From the NCBI GenBank assembly GCA_964466675.1, contig CAYXSE010000002.1, forward strand, positions 5,679 to 54,588: a stretch of 48,910 nt of DNA. Reading direction: 5' to 3'. Under the pieces are notes generated by a model, which saw only the letters and a list, made by a program, of their open reading frames with translations, was not told where the DNA came from and searched no databases. The DNA comes from an uncultured Rhodothermales bacterium (lineage in GTDB: Bacteria; Bacteroidota; Rhodothermia; Rhodothermales; UBA10348). Shown piece after piece: positions 9,398 to 18,700 of this stretch (positions within the stretch are counted from its first letter, which is position 1; each line of letters opens with the position of its first letter). A program made the position numbers and the translations under genes.

Positions 9398-10228
9398 ATG
9401 GCTCCTTCCCCGTACGAAACAGATGCCCTGCAAGAGATCGCTGAGTGGCGAAATCCACCGCCGTCGTTCTTTCGAAGCCTCCGGGGGCGGGTGGACACGG
9501 TCTGGAGTTCGGCTACCGATCTAGCCAGGAAGGTGCCCGGCGTCGAGTGGACGATAGACAACATCGTCACGGGACTACTCCAACTCACGAACGAGATCAG
9601 CCACGATTCTGTGTGGCAGGATGGCATCGTTCGAGAGTTCGAGCTCACGGGCACCATGGTGTCGAGCCTCGACGACATCGCCAAACTGGACCTCGAACGA
9701 GTCGATACGGCCCTGGAGGGCCTCACGACCAAGTATGCCTCGCTTGCCGGGGCCGAAGGAGCCGCGACGGGATTCGCGGGATTCGCTGGCATTGTCCCGG
9801 ACATCGTTGCCCTCGTCGCCCTGAATCTCCGGGCGGTAGGGGAAACCGCCACCTATTGCGGTTTTGACATTGGCTCTCGGGAAGAGCGCCTCTATGCCCT
9901 CGGGCTTCTTGATCAGGTGGCTGCCACCAGTGAGCACGCCAAGGAACTCGCCATCGAGCCGGCCTATCGGGTAGCCAAGAAAGTGGCCACGCAGCAGGGA
10001 GTGAACGCCATCGAGCAGATGGGTTTCAACGAGGCTATTGAGCGCATCGCCCGCGCCATCGGCATGAATCTGACGGGCCGAAAACTCGCGCAAGTCGTCC
10101 CCGTGGCTGGTGCAGCCGTCGGTGCCGGATTAAACGTGATGTACACACGCAAGGTGTGTCTGACGGCGTTCCATCTGTACCGAGAACGGTTCCTCGTTCG
10201 GAAGTACGGAGCCGACGTGGCCGCCTGA
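9398..10228 (+). CDS. EcsC-family protein
   Basis: 276 aa. The central Gly/Ala-rich segment ...GAEGAATGFAGFAGIVPDIVALVALNLRAVGETATYCGFD... resembles the EcsC family core. Assignment is from memory. Confidence 0.6.
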   Translation: MAPSPYETDALQEIAEWRNPPPSFFRSLRGRVDTVWSSATDLARKVPGVEWTIDNIVTGLLQLTNEISHDSVWQDGIVREFELTGTMVSSLDDIAKLDLERVDTALEGLTTKYASLAGAEGAATGFAGFAGIVPDIVALVALNLRAVGETATYCGFDIGSREERLYALGLLDQVAATSEHAKELAIEPAYRVAKKVATQQGVNAIEQMGFNEAIERIARAIGMNLTGRKLAQVVPVAGAAVGAGLNVMYTRKVCLTAFHLYRERFLVRKYGADVAA

Positions 10229-10237
10229 GCGACGGTA

Positions 10238-11179
10238 TCAGATGATGCGCCGGAAGCGACAGACAAAGAAGGCCTCAAAAACACCATCCGGCAAGACGCG
10301 CATCGCCTTGCCAACCTGCTCATCGAACCTGACTCCATCCCATTCGCGTAGCGGTGCTTGTCGGCCATCCAACTCCAGGTCGATAGGCTCCACGACCAGG
10401 CTAGAGCCAAACACGTCCAGGGCGTGCTGCACCACGGCTTCGTTTTCCTCTGGTGCGAAAGAACAGGTGCTGTAGACCACAACCCCCCCGGGCTTCGCGC
10501 ACCGGACAGCACTCTCGATGAGAAGTCTCTGTTTCCCCGCCATCGTACGGATTTTCCTGGGACTCCAGTGTTTGAATGTATCCGGATCGTCCGGCCGAAT
10601 TTGCCCCTCGGTTGAACATGGGGCGTCGATCAGGACTCGGTCGAAATGGTCGGGCCGGAAATGCCAAATGCGGGTGCCGTCCCGATTGAACGTCTTCACG
10701 AACGAAGCGCCCTGAGCACGCAAATTCCGTTTCAGGCGATAGAACCGGGTCCGAACCAACTCGACCGCCGCGATGTCGGCCCCTTGACCCATGGCGCAGG
10801 CCAATTGCAGCGTCTTGCTCCCCGGCGCCGCCGCCAGATCCAGCACCAGGTGGTCCTTGTCGGGACGCAGGATGACCGGTGGGATCATGCTTGAAGGATT
10901 CTGCACCCAGAGGGCCCCGTCCAGAAAGGCTTGGCTCTCAAGGAGTGCACGTCGGTCCTCAGGCGCCACGACGAACCCGTCTTCCATCCACTCCAAGGGC
11001 CTGCACTCCAGGCCCAATGATTCGACTGTATGAGCCGCTTCGGCCCTGAGGGTGTTGACCCGGAATCCTACGGCCGCGGCAGCTGAGAAGGATTCTGTCA
11101 CCGAACCATGCCTATCTTTCGGCACGATGCGCGCGAGGCGCTCCCAGAACTGCTCCGAAATCTGCTTTTTCTGAACCAT
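10238..11179 (-). CDS. RsmB/NOP-family SAM-dependent RNA (cytosine-C5) methyltransferase
   Basis: Motif I DLAAAPGSKT, motif IV DRVLIDAPCSTEG, motif VI VVYSTCSFAPEENE. ATG 11179 (MVQKKQISEQFWERL...) is preferred over the ORF-track start at 11317. Confidence 0.9.
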   Translation of the reverse strand: MVQKKQISEQFWERLARIVPKDRHGSVTESFSAAAAVGFRVNTLRAEAAHTVESLGLECRPLEWMEDGFVVAPEDRRALLESQAFLDGALWVQNPSSMIPPVILRPDKDHLVLDLAAAPGSKTLQLACAMGQGADIAAVELVRTRFYRLKRNLRAQGASFVKTFNRDGTRIWHFRPDHFDRVLIDAPCSTEGQIRPDDPDTFKHWSPRKIRTMAGKQRLLIESAVRCAKPGGVVVYSTCSFAPEENEAVVQHALDVFGSSLVVEPIDLELDGRQAPLREWDGVRFDEQVGKAMRVLPDGVFEAFFVCRFRRII

Positions 11180-11358
11180 ATCCGAGGTTTTTTTAGAGAG
11201 AATGTGCGTTTCCAGAGCGGGTTTCCGCCTCATTTTGAGACTTGCATTATCTCCCCGAGCCGTGGTTAAGTGTCGTTGGTTTTCAGCGATATATGTACCA
11301 TGCTCGCCCTGATTCACACATTGGGCGATCGTGTTCTGGCAACCTTTGAAATCTGATT

Positions 11359-12633
11359 ATGGCGAACCGACGTGGCGAAGACGTCATCCGCTGTTCCTTT
11401 TGTGGTCGAACCGCTCACGAGGTAACCTCGATGGTGGCTGGTCCGGATGTTTACATCTGTGATCGGTGCATCAATGACGCGGCAGGCATTGTTCGCAGTG
11501 ACCTGACGACACACACACCGGCGACAACCGCGACTCCTACGAGACGCGTGTCATCGGGGCGACGGCTGACTCCGCTTGAACTTAAAGACGCCCTTGACGA
11601 ATACGTCATTGGGCAGACTCGGGCCAAAAAAGCGCTTTCTGTGGCGGTATACAACCACTACAAACGCATTGATGGCGATGGCTTCTACCCCGATTTTGAG
11701 GACGTAGAGCTAGAGAAATCCAACATCTTGCTCGTCGGACCCACCGGTACCGGCAAGACCCTGCTGGCCCGAACGCTGGCGCGGATCCTGGATGTCCCCT
11801 TCTCGATCTCAGATGCTACCGCACTGACCGAGGCCGGATATGTGGGCGAGGACGTGGAGAGTATCCTTGCACATCTTCTGCACGCTGCTGACTTCAATGT
11901 CGAGCGAGCCGAGAGAGGGATCATCTACATCGACGAAATCGACAAAATCGCCCGTAAGAGCGACAATGCTTCGATTACCCGCGATGTTTCGGGCGAAGGC
12001 GTTCAACAGGCGCTCCTGAAGATCCTGGAAGGCACCGTCGCCGGAGTCCCACCGAAAGGAGGCAGGAAACATCCCGAGCAGAGCCTCATCAACATCGACA
12101 CCTCGAACATTCTGTTCATCGTCGGTGGAGCTTTCGCCGGCTTGGGTGAGATAGTCGCTCATCGCATTTCGACCAGCACCATCGGCTTCATGGCCGAAGC
12201 CACCAAAAAGTTCGATAAGAACGATCCGAACATCTTCCAGCACGTCGAGCCAGATGACCTGCTGAGATTCGGAATGATTCCTGAGCTGGTTGGTAGGTTA
12301 CCGGTGATGGCCGCGCTGGACGCGCTCTCGGAGGAGGCGATGGTTGACATCCTGCTGCGTCCGAAGAACGCGCTGATCAAACAATACCAGAAGCTCTTCG
12401 TCATGGACGGAGTGGACCTGGTGTTTGACGATGGAGCCATCGACGCCATCGTCCAGAAAGCCAAGGGCCTCGGAACTGGAGCCCGCGGCTTGCGGAGCGT
12501 CCTGGAAGACGCCATGCTGGACATCATGTTTGAAGTCCATACCAAGTCCGACGTGGGTACCTGTCGAATAACACGGGAAACCGTCGAGGGTAATCACGGA
12601 CCGGTCTACGAACCCAGGAAGGCATCTGCCTAG
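11359..12633 (+). CDS. clpX: ATP-dependent Clp protease ATP-binding subunit ClpX
   Basis: N-terminal C4 zinc finger CSFCGR...YICDRC, Walker [16 protein letters not shown], Walker [11 protein letters not shown], pore/IGF-region context. No clpP is adjacent. Confidence 0.97.
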   Translation: MANRRGEDVIRCSFCGRTAHEVTSMVAGPDVYICDRCINDAAGIVRSDLTTHTPATTATPTRRVSSGRRLTPLELKDALDEYVIGQTRAKKALSVAVYNHYKRIDGDGFYPDFEDVELEKSNILLVGPTGTGKTLLARTLARILDVPFSISDATALTEAGYVGEDVESILAHLLHAADFNVERAERGIIYIDEIDKIARKSDNASITRDVSGEGVQQALLKILEGTVAGVPPKGGRKHPEQSLINIDTSNILFIVGGAFAGLGEIVAHRISTSTIGFMAEATKKFDKNDPNIFQHVEPDDLLRFGMIPELVGRLPVMAALDALSEEAMVDILLRPKNALIKQYQKLFVMDGVDLVFDDGAIDAIVQKAKGLGTGARGLRSVLEDAMLDIMFEVHTKSDVGTCRITRETVEGNHGPVYEPRKASA

Positions 12634-12659
12634 AAGGCGGTTATTCAGCCGCCTTCTAG
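12630..12659 (+). terminator. perfect 11-bp stem / 8-nt loop hairpin overlapping the clpX stop codon
   Basis: CTAGAAGGCGG (12630-12640) pairs with CCGCCTTCTAG (12649-12659); the loop is TTATTCAG. No U-tract follows, so an intrinsic-terminator role is plausible but not certain. Confidence 0.55.
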
Positions 12660-12726
12660 CGTGTAGCGAGGAGCCGAGCGGGGTCTGTGGCGTACTCCGG
12701 CGGAACTAACGCCCGAGCCCCCTTTC

Positions 12727-13653
12727 ATGGGCACCGAGATTCGCTACTACCTGCGAGAGATCTGGAAGGAGCTCTTCAGCAAGCCCATATTTTTGTGGGC
12801 CCAGGCGATCGCGTTCAAGGTCCTTCTGGCCATGGTGCCCGTGGTTCTACTTGCCACCGGTATTGCGGGTCGGATTCTGAAGCAAGACCGACCTTTTGCC
12901 TATATCGAGAGAGGGATTCGGGATCTGGTCCCCGCGTTCGGCGGCGATCAGATCGTTGCCTTTTTGGCCACGCTCCAGGACGCCAGTCTTAAGTTCACGG
13001 TCATCGGTGCGGTCGGAATTCTTCTCACCACACTGACGCTCTTTACCACGCTCCGGGTCGTGCTGCGGAGCATCTTTTCGGAGGATTGGCACGAACACCG
13101 TTCCCTGCTCAAGGGATATCTGTTCGATTTCCGGATGGCTGTTCAGACCGGAATCCTGTTTCTGACGTCGGTCGGGCTCACCATCTTCATGCAGACCGGT
13201 GGGAATTCGATGTTGGCCCGACTGGGCATGGAAGGAACCTGGCTGGAACAGTCTTGGGCGGTGCTGGTGCAGGGGTCACTGTGGGTTCTCCCGGTGCTGA
13301 TTTCGCTGGCGATGTTTTTCCAATTGTATTGGTTCATTCCGCAGCCTCGCCCACCCAAACGAGCGGCCTTCGCCGGAGCCGTGACGGCTGCAGTCTTGTG
13401 GGAGTCCGGGAAACTTGGCGTGACGGAATACGCGAGCCGCTTTGGAATAGCCGACGGGTGGCAGTCCGCTCTGGGAGATACGTTTCTTCTGACCATCCTA
13501 CTGGTGGTCTGGGCTTATTATTCCGGATTGACCCTCAACCTTGGCGCGCTGGTAGCGCTACTCTACGAACGCAACCGCCGAGACTCACCCCCCGAAACAG
13601 AGGCAGGACCCCTCGCTGAAGGCCCCTCGACCGAGATTCCAACGAATGCTTAG
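12727..13653 (+). CDS. YihY/BrkB-family inner-membrane protein
   Basis: 308 aa, polytopic. The N-terminal ...WAQAIAFKVLLAMVPVVLL... is typical of YihY. Its stop overlaps the next start by 8 nt. Confidence 0.8.
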   Translation: MGTEIRYYLREIWKELFSKPIFLWAQAIAFKVLLAMVPVVLLATGIAGRILKQDRPFAYIERGIRDLVPAFGGDQIVAFLATLQDASLKFTVIGAVGILLTTLTLFTTLRVVLRSIFSEDWHEHRSLLKGYLFDFRMAVQTGILFLTSVGLTIFMQTGGNSMLARLGMEGTWLEQSWAVLVQGSLWVLPVLISLAMFFQLYWFIPQPRPPKRAAFAGAVTAAVLWESGKLGVTEYASRFGIADGWQSALGDTFLLTILLVVWAYYSGLTLNLGALVALLYERNRRDSPPETEAGPLAEGPSTEIPTNA

Positions 13654-15772
13654 AAGGCTGTGGATCCGGAGCATGCTCCTGGCGGGTCTGACGTTCGCGA
13701 ATACGTCGGCTGCCCAGGATTCCATGCTCCTGAGTGACGAAGAGACCACAGTTCGGTCCGTCAGGTTTCGGTTTGTCGGGGACCACCACTACCACGGAGA
13801 ACGGCTGGCCGAGGAGATGGTGACCAGGGGTCCAGGCTTCGCTGATCGGATGCGGATTCTGTTCGATTTCCTTCCGTTCGTGGAAGCTCCTATCCATCTC
13901 CTGTATCCCATCGAGCTTCAGCGTGACATGGTTCGGCTAAGGCGGTTCTATCTCCGAAATGGGTTCCTGAACGCGAGCGTCGACTACCCCGCTTCTCAAT
14001 ATCGCCTGGGAAAGAATTCGATGGCGGTAATCGTAACCATCGACGAAGGGAAGCCCCTCACGGTCTCGACTCGGAGGATTCGAAGCCAGACGCCCGTTCC
14101 AGAACGACTCCTGAAAGGCTGGGACCGGATTGTGGCTCGTGCGGGGTTGAAGCCAGGGGATCGTTTCACGGACTTCGACCGGTTCAGAATGGAGTCCGAA
14201 CTCAGCACATGGCTGCAGGATCGCGGCTTTGCGTTCGCGGAGGTGACCACGGACTTGCAGATCGATTCGCTCCGGAGCCTGGTGGCGCTTGATCTCCTGG
14301 CACATCTTGGCCCCGCGGTGGTCATCGACTCTATCGCGGTCGAGGGAAATGTGTCTGTGTCACGCGGGACCGTCCTGAGAGAGCTGCCTTTCGAGATCGA
14401 CGACCGGTTCAATGGTAGTAAGCTCGCCGACGGCCAGCGCGCGTTGTCTGGCCTGAACTTGTTCAGGGTGGCCCTGGTCGACCTTCCAGAACAGGAAGCG
14501 GACAGCCTCGTCATGGTCAGAATTCGTCTCAGAGAGGCCAAACATCAGAAGGTGTCGCTCCAAACGGGTTACTCTCGAGAGGTTGGAGCCACGGTTGGTG
14601 CGAGTTGGCGTCACCACAACTTCTTGGGAGACGCTCGTCAGTTGACCTTGGCGACGTCGGCTCAGAATGGCCTTCTGGCGAATCCGCCCGTGGGCCGCGC
14701 GGCCATCAAGAGGTACTCTGGGAGTATCGGCATCCATCAGCCCTATTTTTTCCGCCACAACCTCGCCGCTTCGTTATCCCTGACCGGGCTCTCCTTGGAC
14801 GATCCCAACCTCCGAACCCACTACCGAGAGGTGGGCGTGTCGCCGGCACTGATTCTCTCCGTGCTGCCCTTTCGCCCGGTATCACTCCAATATTCCCTCA
14901 GCAGGGCGGAGCCCCTGTCTCAATCCACCTCCCTTGTAGATCTGGGCTTGTTCTCGCAAGATGTGATCTCTGCGTCGTTTACCGCGGGAAAATTGGACAA
15001 CTACCTCAATCCACGAAAGGGGTGGATCATCCGCCCTTCCGCAGAATTGGCGGGCACGGCCCTCAGCGCCGACGTCGCCTATGTCAAAGGCGCCCTGAAC
15101 GCGGTGGCCTACATCCCCATTACACGCAGGAGCAGTGTCGCCATTTCCCTGGACTTGGGTCGGCTGTCTCCCCGCGGTCCGAGTCGGGACCAATTCGACC
15201 CGAACACGGAATTTCGTTTCGACCCCATTCGGTTCTACTCCGGGGGCGCGAATGACGTGCGCGGCTGGGGGCTGAATGCGCTGGGCCCGCAGATTGCACG
15301 CGCCGACTCCATCGTCGCCAATCCTGATGGATCCTTTTCCGCTACCGGTGCCCGGTACGAGGCCGTAGGGGGCCTCGGCAAGGTAGCCGGCTCTGTCGGA
15401 ATTCGGGTCCCCGCACCGTTCCTTGGTCCGGCTTGGCGAACCGAGGCATTCCTGGATTTCGGGGGTCTTTCCTCGCGCCTCGTCAGGGACGCCGATGGGC
15501 GCGCCCAATTCGATGGCAACGAGCAGCCGTTGGTGAGCGATTCCGGATTCCCCTCCCTTGGGGAGCTCCGGTGGGCCGCTGGCCTGGGACTCAACCTGCT
15601 GACCCCGGCGGGGGCCATCAGGTTCGATCTTGCCTACAAACTGAACCCTAGCGCCGACGACCTGCACGATCCGCGGGACGTGGTCCTCTTCGATCAGGGC
15701 CTGGCCGGGCCGCCCCCTTCCCCGGTCAGGCGTCGGTTCAGTTTCCACCTCAGCATCCGTCGGGCCTTCTGA
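13646..15772 (+). CDS. tamA: Omp85-family outer-membrane protein (TamA/BamA-like)
   Basis: 708 aa with a signal peptide and an N-terminal POTRA-like region. The C-terminal barrel carries the loop-6 motif YSGGANDVRGWG and a terminal aromatic residue (...SIRRAF). It sits directly upstream of a TamB-like gene with a TGATG overlap. Confidence 0.85.
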   Translation: MLRRLWIRSMLLAGLTFANTSAAQDSMLLSDEETTVRSVRFRFVGDHHYHGERLAEEMVTRGPGFADRMRILFDFLPFVEAPIHLLYPIELQRDMVRLRRFYLRNGFLNASVDYPASQYRLGKNSMAVIVTIDEGKPLTVSTRRIRSQTPVPERLLKGWDRIVARAGLKPGDRFTDFDRFRMESELSTWLQDRGFAFAEVTTDLQIDSLRSLVALDLLAHLGPAVVIDSIAVEGNVSVSRGTVLRELPFEIDDRFNGSKLADGQRALSGLNLFRVALVDLPEQEADSLVMVRIRLREAKHQKVSLQTGYSREVGATVGASWRHHNFLGDARQLTLATSAQNGLLANPPVGRAAIKRYSGSIGIHQPYFFRHNLAASLSLTGLSLDDPNLRTHYREVGVSPALILSVLPFRPVSLQYSLSRAEPLSQSTSLVDLGLFSQDVISASFTAGKLDNYLNPRKGWIIRPSAELAGTALSADVAYVKGALNAVAYIPITRRSSVAISLDLGRLSPRGPSRDQFDPNTEFRFDPIRFYSGGANDVRGWGLNALGPQIARADSIVANPDGSFSATGARYEAVGGLGKVAGSVGIRVPAPFLGPAWRTEAFLDFGGLSSRLVRDADGRAQFDGNEQPLVSDSGFPSLGELRWAAGLGLNLLTPAGAIRFDLAYKLNPSADDLHDPRDVVLFDQGLAGPPPSPVRRRFSFHLSIRRAF

Positions 15773-18700
15773 TGGTTCGTCGAATCGCTCATATTGCCTG
15801 GAGGGTCTCGATTGGCGTCGCCGTCGCGCTCGTCGTCCTGGTGTTACTCCTGCAAATTCAACCGGTCAGGACGGGGGTGGTAAACGCCGCTCTGAGTTTG
15901 GGAAACCCCTATCCCGATGCCTCTCTCACGGTGCGGAGCACCAGCGGAACCGTACTCACTTCCCTGGGCCTGTCGAACCTGGAACTGGTCCGTTCGGACG
16001 GTTCCGTCCCCCTCCAGCTTGAACATCTCGACCTTCGTTATCGACTCCTTCCGGCTCTCATCGGCCGGATTCACATCACCGAGTTGACCGTGGGGGGTGT
16101 GTCTGTCCAGGCTGTCCGCGATTCGAGCGGGGTCCTGGATCTGCTGGCGCCGTTCATTCTGGACCCGGACGCTCCGACAGCGGACCTCACGATGGACTCG
16201 TTCATCATGGAGCGGGCCGCTCTTTCTGTTTCCGATACGTCGGGCCTATGGGCGGTGAGTAACCTGGGGCTGGTGCTGCGAGACCTCCGAACCAAGCCGG
16301 CCCTGGCGATGCGACTCGACACCCTCTACGGTGACTTGTTCGACCCAATCGCCCATCTCCCCGGGAGAGTCTCCGCCTCCGGAGAAATTGCGGATGGTGG
16401 GCTCAGGGTGGATACGCTTCTCTATGCAACCTCGCGGTCCCAAGTTTCCGCCAGCGGTGAGCTCGCCAGGATGCTTCGATTCGATGAAGTCTCCTCCTTC
16501 CAGCTTCGGGTTGCTCCGCTGCATTTTGACGATGTCCGGCCGCTCCTTCCCGATCTGATCCCTGGTGGGACGGCCGTCCTGGAGGCCGAGGTATCTGGTG
16601 AGCCCGGCCAGACCATGGTGAGTTTCCGCGCCCAGGCCGGCTCCGGCAGCCTGAGCGGCCAACTCTCGGTCTCAACCTCCTTGGCGTTGGACTCGAGGCG
16701 CGCCAGCCTCGGCCAATTACGGTTCCGGGAGGTTGACCCCTCTCAAATTTTGACCAGCCTGGCTGAAAGCGGGCCCGCCGCGGGCTCTGTTGACTTTGAC
16801 CTGTCGGGGCCGGACTGGCGCCACCTGTCTGGAGGGTCATCGTTATCTCTCGACTACGGGGTGATCCAGGGCGTGACTGTTTCGAATCTGTTTGTCGAAC
16901 AGTCATGGCAGGGCGGTCTGGTTCAGATGGACGGCACGGCCCTGATCAACACGGGCCATACCGAAATTGAAGGAACCATCAACCCCGGCGAGCCAGACCT
17001 GCCCCTCGCTCTGAGCGCCAATCTTCGGGACTGGCCCATCGAGGCCTGGGTCGAAGCCGTCTCGGGGTCAGGTAGCGTCTCCGGGTCAGGCAATGTCTCG
17101 GTCAGCGTGGAGGGCAGCAGGGATGACCTGCGATTTTCGGCCCTAGTCGATGGCTCCGTGGTGGGAGAATGCCTGCTTGACGGGGTGATCACGGGCAGTC
17201 TGACTGGCGGATTGCTTAGCAGTCAGTTGGACCTCACCGCCTGTGATGGCAGACTCGACGGTAGTGGGACCTATTCGACGGAATCCGGCGAATGGAGACT
17301 GCATTCGCTCGTGGCCTCCGAAATAGATGTATCGCAGGTCTTGGGCGATACCACGGCGAGCGGGATCAGCGCCAACATCACGGGGATCGGCCTCGACGGC
17401 GATTCGGAATTGGACCTAGCCCTGGGCTACTCCTTCTTTGGCCCCTACAGCCTGGATTCACTGCGGGCCACTGCGACGCTGTCGGCCGACCTGTGGCAGG
17501 CGCAAGGAGCGCTGTTCTCCGGGCCGGGAGCTGCCGATTTCATGATCACGGGCGATGTGGACGGGACGCGAATCGACTCGCTCGCATTCGACCGATTCGA
17601 CCTGGCTCACACCGCCACTGTCCCGGGATTGGACACGGCCTTGTCCGGCCTTCTGGTTGGGGTCATCGGCGAGGATGAGTCGCGAATTGACCTCACGCTT
17701 CGCCCTTCCCGGATAAATGGCCAGATGCTGGAAGGCGGGAGTAGCACGGCATCGCTGAGGGGGGATTCACTGGTCGCACGGGGTTCCATTCGTTTGGCCG
17801 GCGCCGGCGGAATCGACTGGTCTGGACATGCCAATACTTCCAGCGGTGTGGCGGTTTTGGACACGCTGGGCTTTAGCGAACTCAACATTGAAGCCCTTTC
17901 CCCACGGGTATCGATTCGGTCCAGGCTGACGGGAGCGATCACCGGCCGAATCGGCCCTCAGACCCAGCGGGGCAGCCTCGTCCTGGAGCCCGGTGGCACG
18001 CTCAATGGCCTTCCCCTCGGGGGAGGGGGCGCGTTGTTTTCGATGGATGCCGATTCCGTTTGGACCCGCGCCAGGTTGTTGCTAGGAGACGGTGTCCTCC
18101 GGCTCGAGGCCGGAATGAGGCCACATTCCGAGCGGTTCGGGGGACGTTTGGACCTTTCACACCTGGACGCGGTGCGACTGGCGGGAGTGGACACGATCCG
18201 ATCCTCACTATCGGGGACCATCAGGTTCTCCGGTCAATCTCTCGACCCTGATTCTGCGATCGTGGAGATCGAAGTGGACTCCCTCCGCTTCGGATTTGGA
18301 GAGGTCAGGGTCGATTCCATGGCCGGGAGCCTGCGCTGGGAAAGCGGCGTGATCGCCTCTGAATCCATCGAAATTCATGGGACCCCCGTCCGAGGCCGTT
18401 TTTCCGGGAGGCTGCCGCTGACCGGCGAGGCCCCTGATGAGCGGTACGCCTTGACCGGGGAGCTCCAACTCGATGACGTCTCTTCTGTCGCGGCCGCTTT
18501 CGGGATCCAGGTTGGGACTTCGGGCGCAACCTTCCGCATCCGCGGCTCGGGACGCAGGGATCATCTCCAACTGTCCACCACCGGCACTCTGAGCGGACTT
18601 CGATGGGGGGATATCCATGTGGCCCGGTCCGATCTCCTTCTGTCCCTGGAGCTGGACTCGGGTTTGGTGCCCTCCGCGGCCGAGTTGAGACTGGAAGGCC

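Noticed and set aside
11359-12633. clpX without adjacent clpP or tig as an anomaly
   Set aside because: Uncoupled clpX is common outside Proteobacteria and Firmicutes. Nothing in the sequence suggests an unusual ClpX.
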